DNA from: Octopus bimaculoides
Lineage: Eukaryota
NCBI RefSeq assembly: GCF_001194135.2
Contig: NC_068981.1
Span: forward strand, 192,055,927-192,091,438
DNA: 35,512 nucleotides
Reading direction: 5' to 3'
Made by a program: the position numbers and the translations under genes. Every line of letters starts with the position of its first letter. Positions within the stretch are counted from its first letter, which is position 1. The notes beneath the pieces are model-generated. The model had not been told where the DNA came from, ran no database searches, and saw nothing but the letters and a program-made list of their open reading frames with translations. Below, one piece after another: positions 23,099-33,100 of this stretch.

Positions 23099-23331
23099 TG
23101 ATGACCTGCATGGAAGAAACCATTTCCCCAGAATATTACAAAGTAATAAAGCTTGTAGCAATGGAAAACTTTAGACAGAATATCGATGAAACAGATAGGA
23201 ATCCGTTCCAATCCTACTCTACTAACAAACTAAATATTGATTATACTTATGAAACAGATTCATTGTTAAATTCTTTACCAACTATCTCTTGCCAGGCAAC
23301 CATACCCAACACTACCAATTCCAAATTGTAA
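23099..23331 (+). CDS. Candidate exon of an unidentified host gene (xMTCMEETISPEYYKVIKLVAMENFRQ...NSKL*, or an internal exon ending at 23142)
   Basis: Branch-like ACTAAC at 23057-23062, ~30-nt pyrimidine tract, CAG| at 23098; 77 open codons to TAA; alternative donor AAA|GTAATA. No homology recognised. Confidence 0.35.
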
Positions 23332-23737
23332 AGACAATCCTTCACAAAAATACTATGGAAGACTGAAAAATAAGAAAAAATATTCAAGAAGCAATTAAAA
23401 AAACAATACAAAACTAGAAAATGTACAAATAAGAAATACAGCTAAAAAGATAATAAAGTTGGGAAAAATCCTAAGTACAAAAAATACTTCAAAAATAAAC
23501 AAATATACTCTATTAAATGAAATATGGAAGATGTTACAAAAAGAAAAAAAAAACAATAAGTCATAACTGCTCACCACATACACACACATACGTAAGTATA
23601 TATCAAATAGGTGCAGGCATGGCTCCTGATTAACTTTTTTCCTGACTATGTAGTTTCAGGTTCAGCCCCACTGCATGGATCTTGAGCAACCAAAGCCTTA
23701 TGAGTAATTGGGTAGACGGAAACCAAAAGAAACTCAT

Positions 23738-23775
<38 letters not shown>

Positions 23776-23776
<1 letters not shown>

Positions 23777-23898
23777 TCATCATCACATCATCCTCCTCCT
23801 TTAACATGGGTTTGTAGGATCTGATAAACCAGAGCACTGTAGAGAGCTGCAAAGTCTGCTCTGGCATGGTTTCTATGGCTGGATGGCCTTCCTAATAC
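23776..23898 (-). mobile_element. RTE-tail fragment nested in the SINE central microsatellite
   Basis: (ATC)n tail, then CATGGGTTTG...GGTTTCTATGGCTGGATGGCCTTCCTAATAC, the reverse complement of the tail core. Confidence 0.7.
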
Positions 23899-23947
23899 TA
23901 TATATATGGTTGTATATAGGAGTGGGTGAGGAATGTGTCTGTCTTAA

Positions 23948-24181
23948 CCCATGTATGCCCATAAAAAAATTGAAGTTTTAAAATTTCACTGTATTTAGAT
24001 TAAGTGTTATCGTAAGCTTTCACAATCTGGAAGAGAAGAACAGTATGCAGCTGTTAGCTACAGGTGTCGACTACCTACTGAACATTTCATATGTTCAGTC
24101 AGATGCTTCTCGGCACATTTATGTCCAAACAAGTAGGAGCAGGTTTTGTGTTGCGAAAGTACAACCAGGGGTATATATAGG
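23948..24181. mobile_element. piggyBac-type MITE, second family, nested in the SINE
   Basis: TTAA|CCCATGTATGCCCA...GGGGTATATATAGG|TTAA; TIR match 10/14; removing it restores GTCTTAACATCAC, versus GTCTTGACATCAT in the 8147 copy. Confidence 0.8.
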
Positions 24182-24432
24182 TTAACATCACACAATCGTT
24201 GTAAACAAGCATCACCATCATTATGCAAGCAATGTCTCTTTCCAATCTTCCATAAAAACATGTTTGGCCATAGGGAAATATTACCTTGCTTGCAAATAAG
24301 TGAGAGATAGCAACAAGAAGGGTATCCTGCCATATAATATGTGCTTCAATGAATTCCATCTGACCCATGCAAGCACGGAATAATGAACATTGAATAAGCT
24401 AGACAAAATATTTCTTTAAAATGCTTCTTAAA

Positions 24433-24652
24433 CCCTTTAGCAGTGAAATTACTCTGTCAAAAATAATACTTATTTATTAACATTGTTTTGAATTTATCAT
24501 GCATTATCTTGTAGTTTTGAGATTTTGATGAAGTAATTGTTTATTTTTAAAGTGACATTGTAGGGTTGGTGTGCAAGGCCAGATCTGATCAGTTTCAGTG
24601 TAAAGCAGGTAGAATATTTTGGCTAGATATGACTGGTTTAAGTGCTAAAGGA
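24433..24652. mobile_element. piggyBac-type MITE (11113 family, opposite orientation)
   Basis: TAAA|CCCTTTAGCA...TGCTAAAGGA|TTAA. Confidence 0.8.
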
Positions 24653-25664
24653 TTAAACAACTATCTTTCTAGATTAAAAAAAAAAAATTGCATGAAAATT
24701 TATACGTAAATTTTAATTCAAATAATACTGGAAACTACAGCCATCCCCTTTTCCTTAGAATTCAGATTCTTTCAAGAGAGATAGAAGCTATAAGTACACA
24801 ACTCCTGGAAGTTCAACCATTTGTTGAAAAAGATGTTTCTAACCTTGTATTATTTGAAGAGAAGTCACAACCATAATTAATCTCTTATGAGTATAAATGA
24901 ACAACCATCACAACCATATTTTATCTCATCAGTATAACTAAACAATCGTCACAACCACAGTTTATCCCTTGTGTGTGCAATTTAACAACCAAACATATTT
25001 CTTGATTGCAATACACCAGAGATAATTATTCAAGACCATATAATACAAAAATAAATAAATGAACAGAAAAGTCTTTAAAAAACATTATTTTCCTTTGAAA
25101 ACAAACTTAGGTAAGAAAATCTAAATTTTTAGCATTTACTGTCCTTCAATTATAAAAACTTCAAATTTATGTACACTGTTTTGTGATTTATAAATATTTA
25201 TATAGACTGAAAGCTGGTCACAGTTAATCTTGAAAGAAACTTAATAAGGTGTAATGATTATTATAAAGGCAGAAAAATCCTGAAATGACATAAAATATTA
25301 ATTAACTCTATCAGAAACTTCAGTTCCTATTTACATCTCTGTGCACTTTGTTCCATCATTTCCACTTCTTCCTCTTTTCTCTAGTTGTAAAATTTCTTCT
25401 CTCTCATTATAGACTATTATTTTATAGCTTGTAAAGTTGTTAGTGGTTTATTCATTTACTAACATTGATACTGTAAATTTAGTTGTTACTTAAAACCAAT
25501 TTAACCCATAATTTCATATACTTCAAAGAAAAACAAAAGACATTTCTTTTATGCCATTTCTGAGCAACAACTGGTCAAAGTGAAGTTTTAAATCATTTAG
25601 ATTCAAGCAAAATACTTTCCTCAAAAAATAAATAACAAAAAAAATTCCTATTATAAACTTTCTT

Positions 25665-26025
25665 GAGCAGGTGATGGTAATTAAGTTTGCTTAGCAGACA
25701 CATGGTTCTGGGTTCAGTACCAATGCATGGCAATTTGGGCAAGTGTTTTCTACTTTTGAATTAGGTTGCCCAAAACCTTGTGAGTGGATTTCATAGATGG
25801 AAGCTGAAAGAAGCCCCCTCGTGTGTGTGTGTGTGTGTGTGACCACCACTTGACAACTACAGTTGGTAGGTTTACATCCCCATAACTTAGCAGTTCAGCA
25901 AAGAAGCCCAATAGAATAAGTATCAAGCTTTTAATAAAAAGAAAAAAATACAGGGGCTGATTCATTCAAATAAAAATTCATGGCAATGCCCAGTATGGCC
26001 ACAGACTGAAATAAGTAGAAAATAA
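25665..26025 (+). mobile_element. Full-length OR-type SINE (head + (TG)n + non-RTE 3' module)
   Basis: CACATGGTTCTGGGTTCAGTACC head; (GT)n 25821-25841; CTTGACAAC...CATAACTTAGCAGTTCAGCAAAG...CAGTATGGCCACAGACTGAAATAAGTA. Confidence 0.8.
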
Positions 26026-26911
26026 AAAATAAATGAAGATTCATGAATACTGAAATCATGGGACATAGAAATAACTGATCGTTGTATACCCAGGGTAACT
26101 TTTTTTCTTTCAAAGAAGTTACAGATATTCACTGTTTTCCAACATCCAACAGAAAAATGTAGACACATGAACAAATTTCAACTGAAACCAGACTGTAGAT
26201 GTGGACCAAGTTGAAGTTTACATGTGAAGAGTTGAATTAGATTTTTCCTAACAAAAATATCATCATCATTGTCACATGATGTTTGTTTAATTCAAAATAT
26301 AAAATGAAAAATTATTTAAAAATTGGCCAAGAGCATGACTCAGATATCATGGATTCCAAATGGTTCAGCTTTACAATGGACTGCGTTGTGTTTGCAAACT
26401 CTGAAATATGAATAATGAGCTCTTTTGAGGTGTAGAGAATTGCACATATTGTTATCAAGAGAAACAAAAGCTTCTATTGTAAACCTACTTCCAGTATAAA
26501 CCTGCTTCCTTTATCTGCTTTTGAAATTCATTATTTAAACAAAACAAAAAAAAAGTATAATTAAATAAAGAAAGTATTATTTGAACAAAAATTGTGCAAG
26601 CAATGCAGCGTACAGGTGTGAACAAATATTGTCAAACAAAATGTATTTCCTTCTCACAGTAAATTCACAATTCAGAAGTAAATATACAATGAAAAACATC
26701 GAAATATGTGCCAAATATTAGGGGAAATTACAAAGTAGCAGGAACAGTGTAAAATGTAATTTAATTTAAACAGGTTTGAAAACTTTTAGAAACCAAATTT
26801 AGCATTTAACACAATAAGTATCACATTTGTGTTTTATTATTTTCAATTGTTCATTGGAATGATTTTCTATCTATAAACCAGAGTTATAGAGAGAAAAATA
26901 TAATCTTTATA

Positions 26912-27113
26912 AAATAATCCTTTCTATAATAGGCACAGTAGGGCTAGCTGATTACATCAACCCCACTTACTCAATTGGTATCTATTTTTTTGGCCCCAAA
27001 AGGGTGAAAGGTAATATCAACCTCAGCGGAATTGAAATGCTGAATGTAAAACTGGAAGAAATGCCACCAAGCATTTTGTCCAGCACAATAAGGATTTTGT
27101 CACCTCACCACCT
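26912..27113 (-). mobile_element. SINE of the 2829 family
   Basis: GATTACATCAACCCC...AAAGGGTGAAAGGTAATATCAACCTCAGCGGAATTG...AAGCATTTTGTCCAGCAC. Confidence 0.75.
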
Positions 27114-27191
27114 TTAATCCTTATATGATAATAGCCAATATAAATGTCTGTTGGTTCATTGATTTCTCCAAGTCATATTTATACATCATAT

Positions 27192-27192
27192 A

Positions 27193-27247
<55 letters not shown>

Positions 27248-27450
27248 NNNNNNNNNNNNNNNNNNNNNNNNNNNNNNNNNNNNGTGTGTGAGAGAGTGTG
27301 TGAGAGAGAGAGAGTGAGTGAGAGAGAGAGAGAGTGAGAGAGAGCGAGTGAGAGAGAGAGTGTGAGAGAGAGAGAGAGAGTGTGAGAGAGAGAGAGTGTG
27401 AGAGAGAGAGAGAGAGAGAGAGATAGTGAGAAAGAAATAAAGATAGATAG
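27192..27450. repeat. Compound (GA)n/(GAGT)n microsatellite with 36-N gap
   Basis: Direct inspection. Confidence 0.95.
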
Positions 27451-27817
27451 AAAGGTACAGGGTGTATGCACAAACTAGACTTGATGGTATGCAATGAGTA
27501 AAAGCACACACACACACACACAAAGAGACACATAAAAAATCAGAGGCGGAAGAGAGGGTAAATGACAGTATTTATGATAGGAATTATACAAATGAGAAAC
27601 AAGAAGTTGTTCTCCATGGACTTAAAAAAACAAAAGTGTTTAGCATATTCTTGTTCAAATCTGCCAAAAAATATTAAGAATGAATATGTACATTATTTTG
27701 GTTTATTGAATCTTATTTGAAGATAATAAAAATTCTTCTTTTGAAAATTAGTATTCATTTCATCGTTTTGTCTAAGCACCAAGAAATTAAATAGAAGTTA
27801 AACAATAAGTAGAGTAT

Positions 27818-28197
27818 TCTTTTCTTTGTTTCAGTCTTTTAACTGCAGCCATGCTGGAGCATTGCGTCTAGTCAAACAAATTGACCTCAGGGCTTAGTCT
27901 TTGTAAAGCTAGTACTTAGTCTATTGGTCTCTTTTGCTAAACCACTAAGTTACAGGAACATAAACACACCAAAATCAGTTGTCAAGTGATAGTGGGGAGG
28001 ACAAACACAGACATACAAACATATACATATATATACGACAGGCTTCTTTCAGTTTCCATCTACCAAATCCACTCACAAGGCTTTCGTCAGCCCAAAGCTA
28101 TAGTAGAAGACACTTGCCTAAAGTACCATACAGTGGGACTCAACTCAGAACCATGTGGTTGCGAAGCAAGCTTCTTACCACACAGCCTGCGCATGCC
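27818..28197 (-). mobile_element. Full-length OR-type SINE
   Basis: Inverted homologue of 25665-26025; head ends ...CTTCTTACCACACAGCCTGCGCATGCC. Confidence 0.85.
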
Positions 28198-28754
28198 ATA
28201 CTTTTTTTCATATTGCCCCATGGTGGTGAAAGTATACTTCCAAAGTTACCCATCAAACCAGAGATAAAATTCTAGAGTTTTCATAGTGCTATTCTCTATT
28301 AGGAGTAACAGAAATTTTGTGGAAGGAGAGAGATATTATGAAAAATTACCAGTCTCTAAGTTTGTTCTTCATTGTCTACATAAGTGACATGAAAGAGGAG
28401 AAACACTATGAAATTGATGCCACCATTTAAAATGAACAATAACTTACTTTCTCAGCAACTTGATAAAAGTTGCACATATATGCTCTCACAGCTATTACAA
28501 AGTAAAATATCATTTGTAAATAAACACAAGTACATAAGAATGCAACAAGTTCCCAATAGATTATATTAACACTATAGTGTTACCCAGCATATGATAGGTA
28601 ACTTTGAAAGTATACTTTCACCATCATAAATAATATCAGAATGTATGAAATACATACAATACTTATAATTTTAACTATTAAATTTTTTGGTATTTATATA
28701 AAATGAATGCTAATTTTCAAAACTAAAATATTTATTACATTGAAATATATACAT

Positions 28755-28948
28755 GTTAACAAAGAAAGTAGTCTCTGTGTAGAAAGTGTGTAGGTACAAT
28801 AAATACTAAAAATGTACAGAAAATAGACTTCATCAAATGCCCAGGGAGATACTTAGACATAGTAGTTAGCTTCCATTACCTAGGTGACCAAGTCAGCAAT
28901 GGAGGTGGATGCTCAGAGAGTGTAGCTGCTAGAATAAGAATAGGCTGG
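28755..28948 (+). pseudogene. RTE-clade reverse transcriptase fragment
   Basis: 28781-28948 is an uninterrupted 56-codon frame, RKCVGTINTKNVQKIDFIKCPGRYLDIVVSFHYLGDQVSNGGGCSESVAARIRIGW, with the RTE motif F-x-YLGD...ARIRxGW. It lacks a start codon, so the ORF track missed it. Confidence 0.85.
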
Positions 28949-28974
28949 GTAACTTTGTACTTCCTCATCATCAC

Positions 28975-29353
28975 CTCCTCCAATGCCTCCTCCCCTCTTA
29001 AAAGTTTTTGTCTTGCAAGTACTTGGTGGCCCTGTCAGTGCAGGTGCCACTTAAAAGCACCCAGTCCACACTGTAAAGTGGTTGGTGTTCAAAAGGGCAT
29101 CCAGCTGTAAAAACCTTGTCAAAATTGACCTTGCCTGTGCTTGCGCCACATAAAAAGCACTACTCACCTCGCCTGTGCCACATAAAAAGCACTAAGTCCA
29201 CTCTGCTGAGTGGTTGGTGTTAGGAAGAGCATCCAGCTGTAAAAATCCTGCCAAAATAGTCACAGAAGTCTGGTACAGGCTTCAGCCTGGCCAGCTCTTG
29301 TGGTATCATCCTACCCATGCAAGCATGGAACATGGACATTAAATGGTGATGAC
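28975..29353 (+). mobile_element. RTE-type tail with duplicated core module
   Basis: AAAAGCAC...GTGGTTGGTGTT...CATCCAGCTGTAAAAA occurs twice (29054-29115, 29186-29245); ends CCCATGCAAGCATGGAACATGGACATTAAATGGTGATGAC. Confidence 0.8.
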
Positions 29354-29672
29354 GGTATATATATATATATATATATAAAATGGAGAAACCAACCAACATT
29401 TGTAGCAGTTATTATTATACAGAGATTAGGAATAATATATATAAAACCTACTGAAAAATCAAAGTCTCACAAAAGGGCAATGTTTTTAAAATTACAATTT
29501 TAGTAGATGGTTTTGTAAACATTTGTCAAAAAGAAAAACTTCTCTATTAACAATGTGTTTCAAAGTAGATTCAGCTTTAAATAATACATCTGGTTAAAAA
29601 CTCCTTTGTTGAATATAAAACAAAAAATGAAGGTGGAAAGTTGTGTGGACGCTTCAACATTGTTGTTTTCAG

Positions 29673-29690
29673 AGTAAACAAACTTTATTG
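29673..29690 (+). CDS. Candidate 18-nt micro-exon (SKQTLL or xVNKLYx)
   Basis: TTGTTGTTTTCAG|AGTAAACAAACTTTATTG|GTAAGA; consensus splice sites and a length divisible by 3; the same frame also stays open to 29828. Confidence 0.25.
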
Positions 29691-30416
29691 GTAAGATTAA
29701 AGAGTGTGTTTGATGAAAGAAAATGGGTAAATGGCAGCATGTTTGTCTGGGTTACAGAAGATAGTTCAAGTACCACAGGCAGCATTTTGTCAGTTCCATG
29801 CCCAACCCCCACTCCAAGGAGGCTTTAACCAATTATTATCACAAGCTATTATTTATCACTTCACTTTGAAACACATTGCTAATAAAGGGTTTACATATTT
29901 CTTGACGTTTCTATATCTACATTCTAAATAGTTTTTGGGTACTAAATTCTTTGACTAGAACTTGTGTTTTGTATTAACAGTTAGTTGAGAATTATAAAAA
30001 AATATTAATTACATCACAGACAAATCCCTTATGTAGCAGTAAAATAATCTACTGGCACTGAACTTCAATAAGATAACTTGCCTACGTAAGTCGGTTTATT
30101 AAGTTTGTAGTGAGTTACAAATCCAAATTTTTTTTATAACAGTCCAGAAAATAAAATTGCCTCTCGAGTAACAATTTTGGAAATCTGATGACAAACAAAA
30201 TAAGAGAGGATTATGTCTTACAGTTTTTCAATCTTTTTGCAGATGTCATAAATGCTTAGCATTATACACACACTGACTGATCTGAACTATGGTCAATGAC
30301 ATTCTAACTAATATATATAGGATTACATTACTTAATGTGTCTTTACTTTCTTAGATGGTGGGGTGTGATCTGAAGAAAATTTGGCTGCTGTTTCTAGCAA
30401 CTTGAGCAACTATATA

Positions 30417-30606
30417 TTGAGTTGGTGCATAATTATTGCAGCTTTTTTTCAATAAATTTTATTTAACAAAAACAATAACAATATTTAACAAAAACATCTT
30501 TAAATGATTATTCCGGAGAATATTCACCATCTACTTCAATTACTGCTTCCAATTTGCTTGGCAGACGATCAGACTGTCATTTAAAGATGTTTTTGTTAAA
30601 TATTGT
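30417..30606 (-). mobile_element. mariner right end: TIR + transposase C-terminus + inverted duplication
   Basis: TA|TTGAGTTGGTGCATAATTATTGC resembles the Hsmar1-type TIR TTAGGTTGGTGCAAAAGTAATTGC; minus frame 30570-30508 reads DRLPSKLEAVIEVDGEYSPE*, like the mariner C-terminal motif KLPERWQKVIENDGEYF. Confidence 0.8.
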
Positions 30607-31330
30607 GCAGATATAGCTGTATGGTCAAGAAGTTCACTTAGCAGCTACAAGGTTTCCGATTCAGTCACACTGCACAGCAACTAAACAAGTGTCTAGTACT
30701 ATGACCCTAGATCGGTCAAGGCCTTGTGAGGGAATTTGGATTATGGAAACTGCACATGAACCTATTACATAAGTGTGTGTGTGTGTATGTATTTATAAGT
30801 ATATGGTGAAGGCATGTGGCTTAGTGGTTAGGACATTCCACTCATGATTGTAAGGTCATGAGATCAATTCCTGGTGACACATTGTGTCCTTGAGCAAGAC
30901 ACTTTATTTCACATTGCTCCAGTCCACTCAGCTGGCAAAAATGAGTAGTACCTGTATTTCAAAGGGCCAGCCTTGTCACACTGAATCACCCTGAGAAGTA
31001 CGTTAAGGGGTACAAGTGTCTGTGGATTGCTAAGCCACTGACATGTTAATTTCACAAGCAAGCTGTTCTGTTGATTGTATCAGCTGGGACCCTCGTCGTC
31101 ATAACCGACGGAGTGCTCCTATAAGTATATGTGTTTAACGTCTATGTGTGTGTGTCTGTCACTGCTAGACAGCTGGTGGAGCTTTATATACCCATAACCT
31201 AGAAGTTTAGTAAAAAGAAGCTGAAAAATAAGTATCAGACTTTACAAAAAAGAAAAAAGTGTTTGGTCAATCAAACCCTTCAAAGTGGTGCCCCATCAAA
31301 GCCACAGTCCAACAACTGAAACAAGCAGTA
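30603..31330 (+). mobile_element. OR-type SINE split by a nested SINE
   Basis: Head 30603-30770, microsatellite, insertion, then 3' module CCCATAACCTAGAAGTTTAGTAAAAAG...CACAGTCCAACAACTGAAACAAG matching 25880-26020. Confidence 0.7.
30805..31119 (+). mobile_element. Intact third-family tRNA SINE with 11-bp TSD
   Basis: GGTGAAGGCATGTGGCTTAGTGGTTAGG...CCCTCGTCGTCATAACCGACGGAGTGCTCC; TATAAGTATAT at 30794-30804 and 31120-31130. Confidence 0.9.
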
Positions 31331-32249
31331 AAAATGAATAACCATTTGAAGCTATTAAAGCACAGAAACAGAGAATGGTAAGAAACAAAAGGCACTGCTG
31401 TGATCAGGTTTGTAATTGTAGAAATGAGAGATTCTGGAAGGAAGTGGGAGTAAAAGAAAACCCAGGAACAATGAATGTATCTTTATCAACAGCCAATTAT
31501 AACAACTGTGAAGTTTATTAAAAGTATCCTAATGGTTTAGCAGTAGATTCTTTATGATGTTGTGTTGATAAAGATAATTGTTGCAGTTGTAGTTTTGAGA
31601 ATAAACATTGGTATTCATGCAGTAATTTTTCATCTGACGATAATGGATGGTAGTGGAATGTATAGTGGTGGGTGTTGGGGAGGGGGGAGCACATTAGCCG
31701 AGAACTGTTGCTGCGATGGAAATGGTTTCTGGCAAACAATAAAACAATCCCCTTTGCTGAGAGATTGATTTTGGTAAATTCATTTAGTTACTGACAACTT
31801 CTATGATAAAAACAACTTAACAGTTACTAATATTATTATTGTAGGATGTAGCAGAAAAACTTCCTATATTTTAAACAACCTTTGGTGTGGTACTAGCAAA
31901 GTTAGGCAGGTGGTAATGGTGCCTTCATGTAGCTAATGTTTCATGGGTTATTTTTGTTTGTTTGTTTGTAAGTAGTAGTGGTGGTGGTGGTGGTGGTGAG
32001 TGCAGTCAGACAAAGTGCAGCAAAAAAACAGAGTTGACAGTTATAATTACTACCAGGGCAGCTACAATGCAAATACATTAGTATCTATTAGCAGCACAGA
32101 ACCATCAGCTGCTTCATGGTACCCTTTGTGGAAGAAGAGGGATTTTTACATTTGGGTCTCATATTTAACCAATGTTGGTGGTGTTTAGCACTAGGTCAGC
32201 TTGATCAAAGACAATCCAGTCTGACCAGCCAGTCTTTTTCTGGCATAAG

Positions 32250-32294
<45 letters not shown>

Positions 32295-33011
32295 GCTTCA
32301 TTTGTGACTTTCTTTTCTTTAGGTAGTAAATTAACTGCTACTACTAACACGTTCAATAACAGCATTAGAGGTTCCCTCATTGTCACTATTTTATTAGTGC
32401 AAACCTTTCTTTGGTGTTGTTAACTAAAACTAAAGAGATATTGCGTTGTTGTTTTTAGCCAATGGGGATGATAGTGCAAGATAAGGTTTTTATAGCCAAT
32501 AGGGAAGGGACTAATTAGCCTTGAATGTGGCTAAGATTAAATGCATGATGGAACTTGTAACTGATTCTGTTTTGTACAAGCTATAAGAGATTACCAAGTA
32601 GAATGAGGATGAATGTTGATGCAAAAAGCTCTTGTTGAATATGAGAGAAAGGAGTGATGGTTTGTGAAATCAAGAAATCCTGATATCTTTTTGTTTAACA
32701 TTTAGTAAGTAGGTGAATTAGTACAGCTGCTGGGTTGATATATATTCTTAAGAATAACTCAAGAAGCAAATAAGTGGTAGGAGAATATATAGGAAGGTAC
32801 ACAACGATAAATCTGAAGATGATTAAGTTGATTAGAGAGATAAAATATAGCTTCAGACCTTTGAGATCATAGGTAGAGGATAGATATATGAGGTGAAATT
32901 ATGTATCATCACATCCATTGTTATATTTATGTCTGAATAGGTTGACCAGAACAACATAAAAACAATAGAAGTAATATATTTTAAACATAAGATTTAACAA
33001 GTTGGAAGATT

Positions 33012-33100
33012 GCATCAAGCTCCAATGCCTGATTTGGCTTGGTTTCTACAACTAGAAGCCCTTCATAATGCCAACCACTTTACAAAGTGTATTGAGTGTG
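33012..33100 (-). mobile_element. RTE-tail fragment (20240 subfamily)
   Basis: GCATCAAGCTCCAATGCCTG...GGTTTCTACAACTAG...AATGCCAACCACTTTACAAAGTGT is the reverse complement of 20255-20340. Confidence 0.75.

Larger units (their letters stand above)
23610..24397 (+). mobile_element. Composite SINE (8147 family) interrupted by two nested insertions
   Basis: Head 23610-23740, (TG)n 23741-23775, body resumes at 24186 (CATCACACAATCGTTGTAAAC), tail CCCATGCAAGCACGGAATAATGAACATT. Confidence 0.75.
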
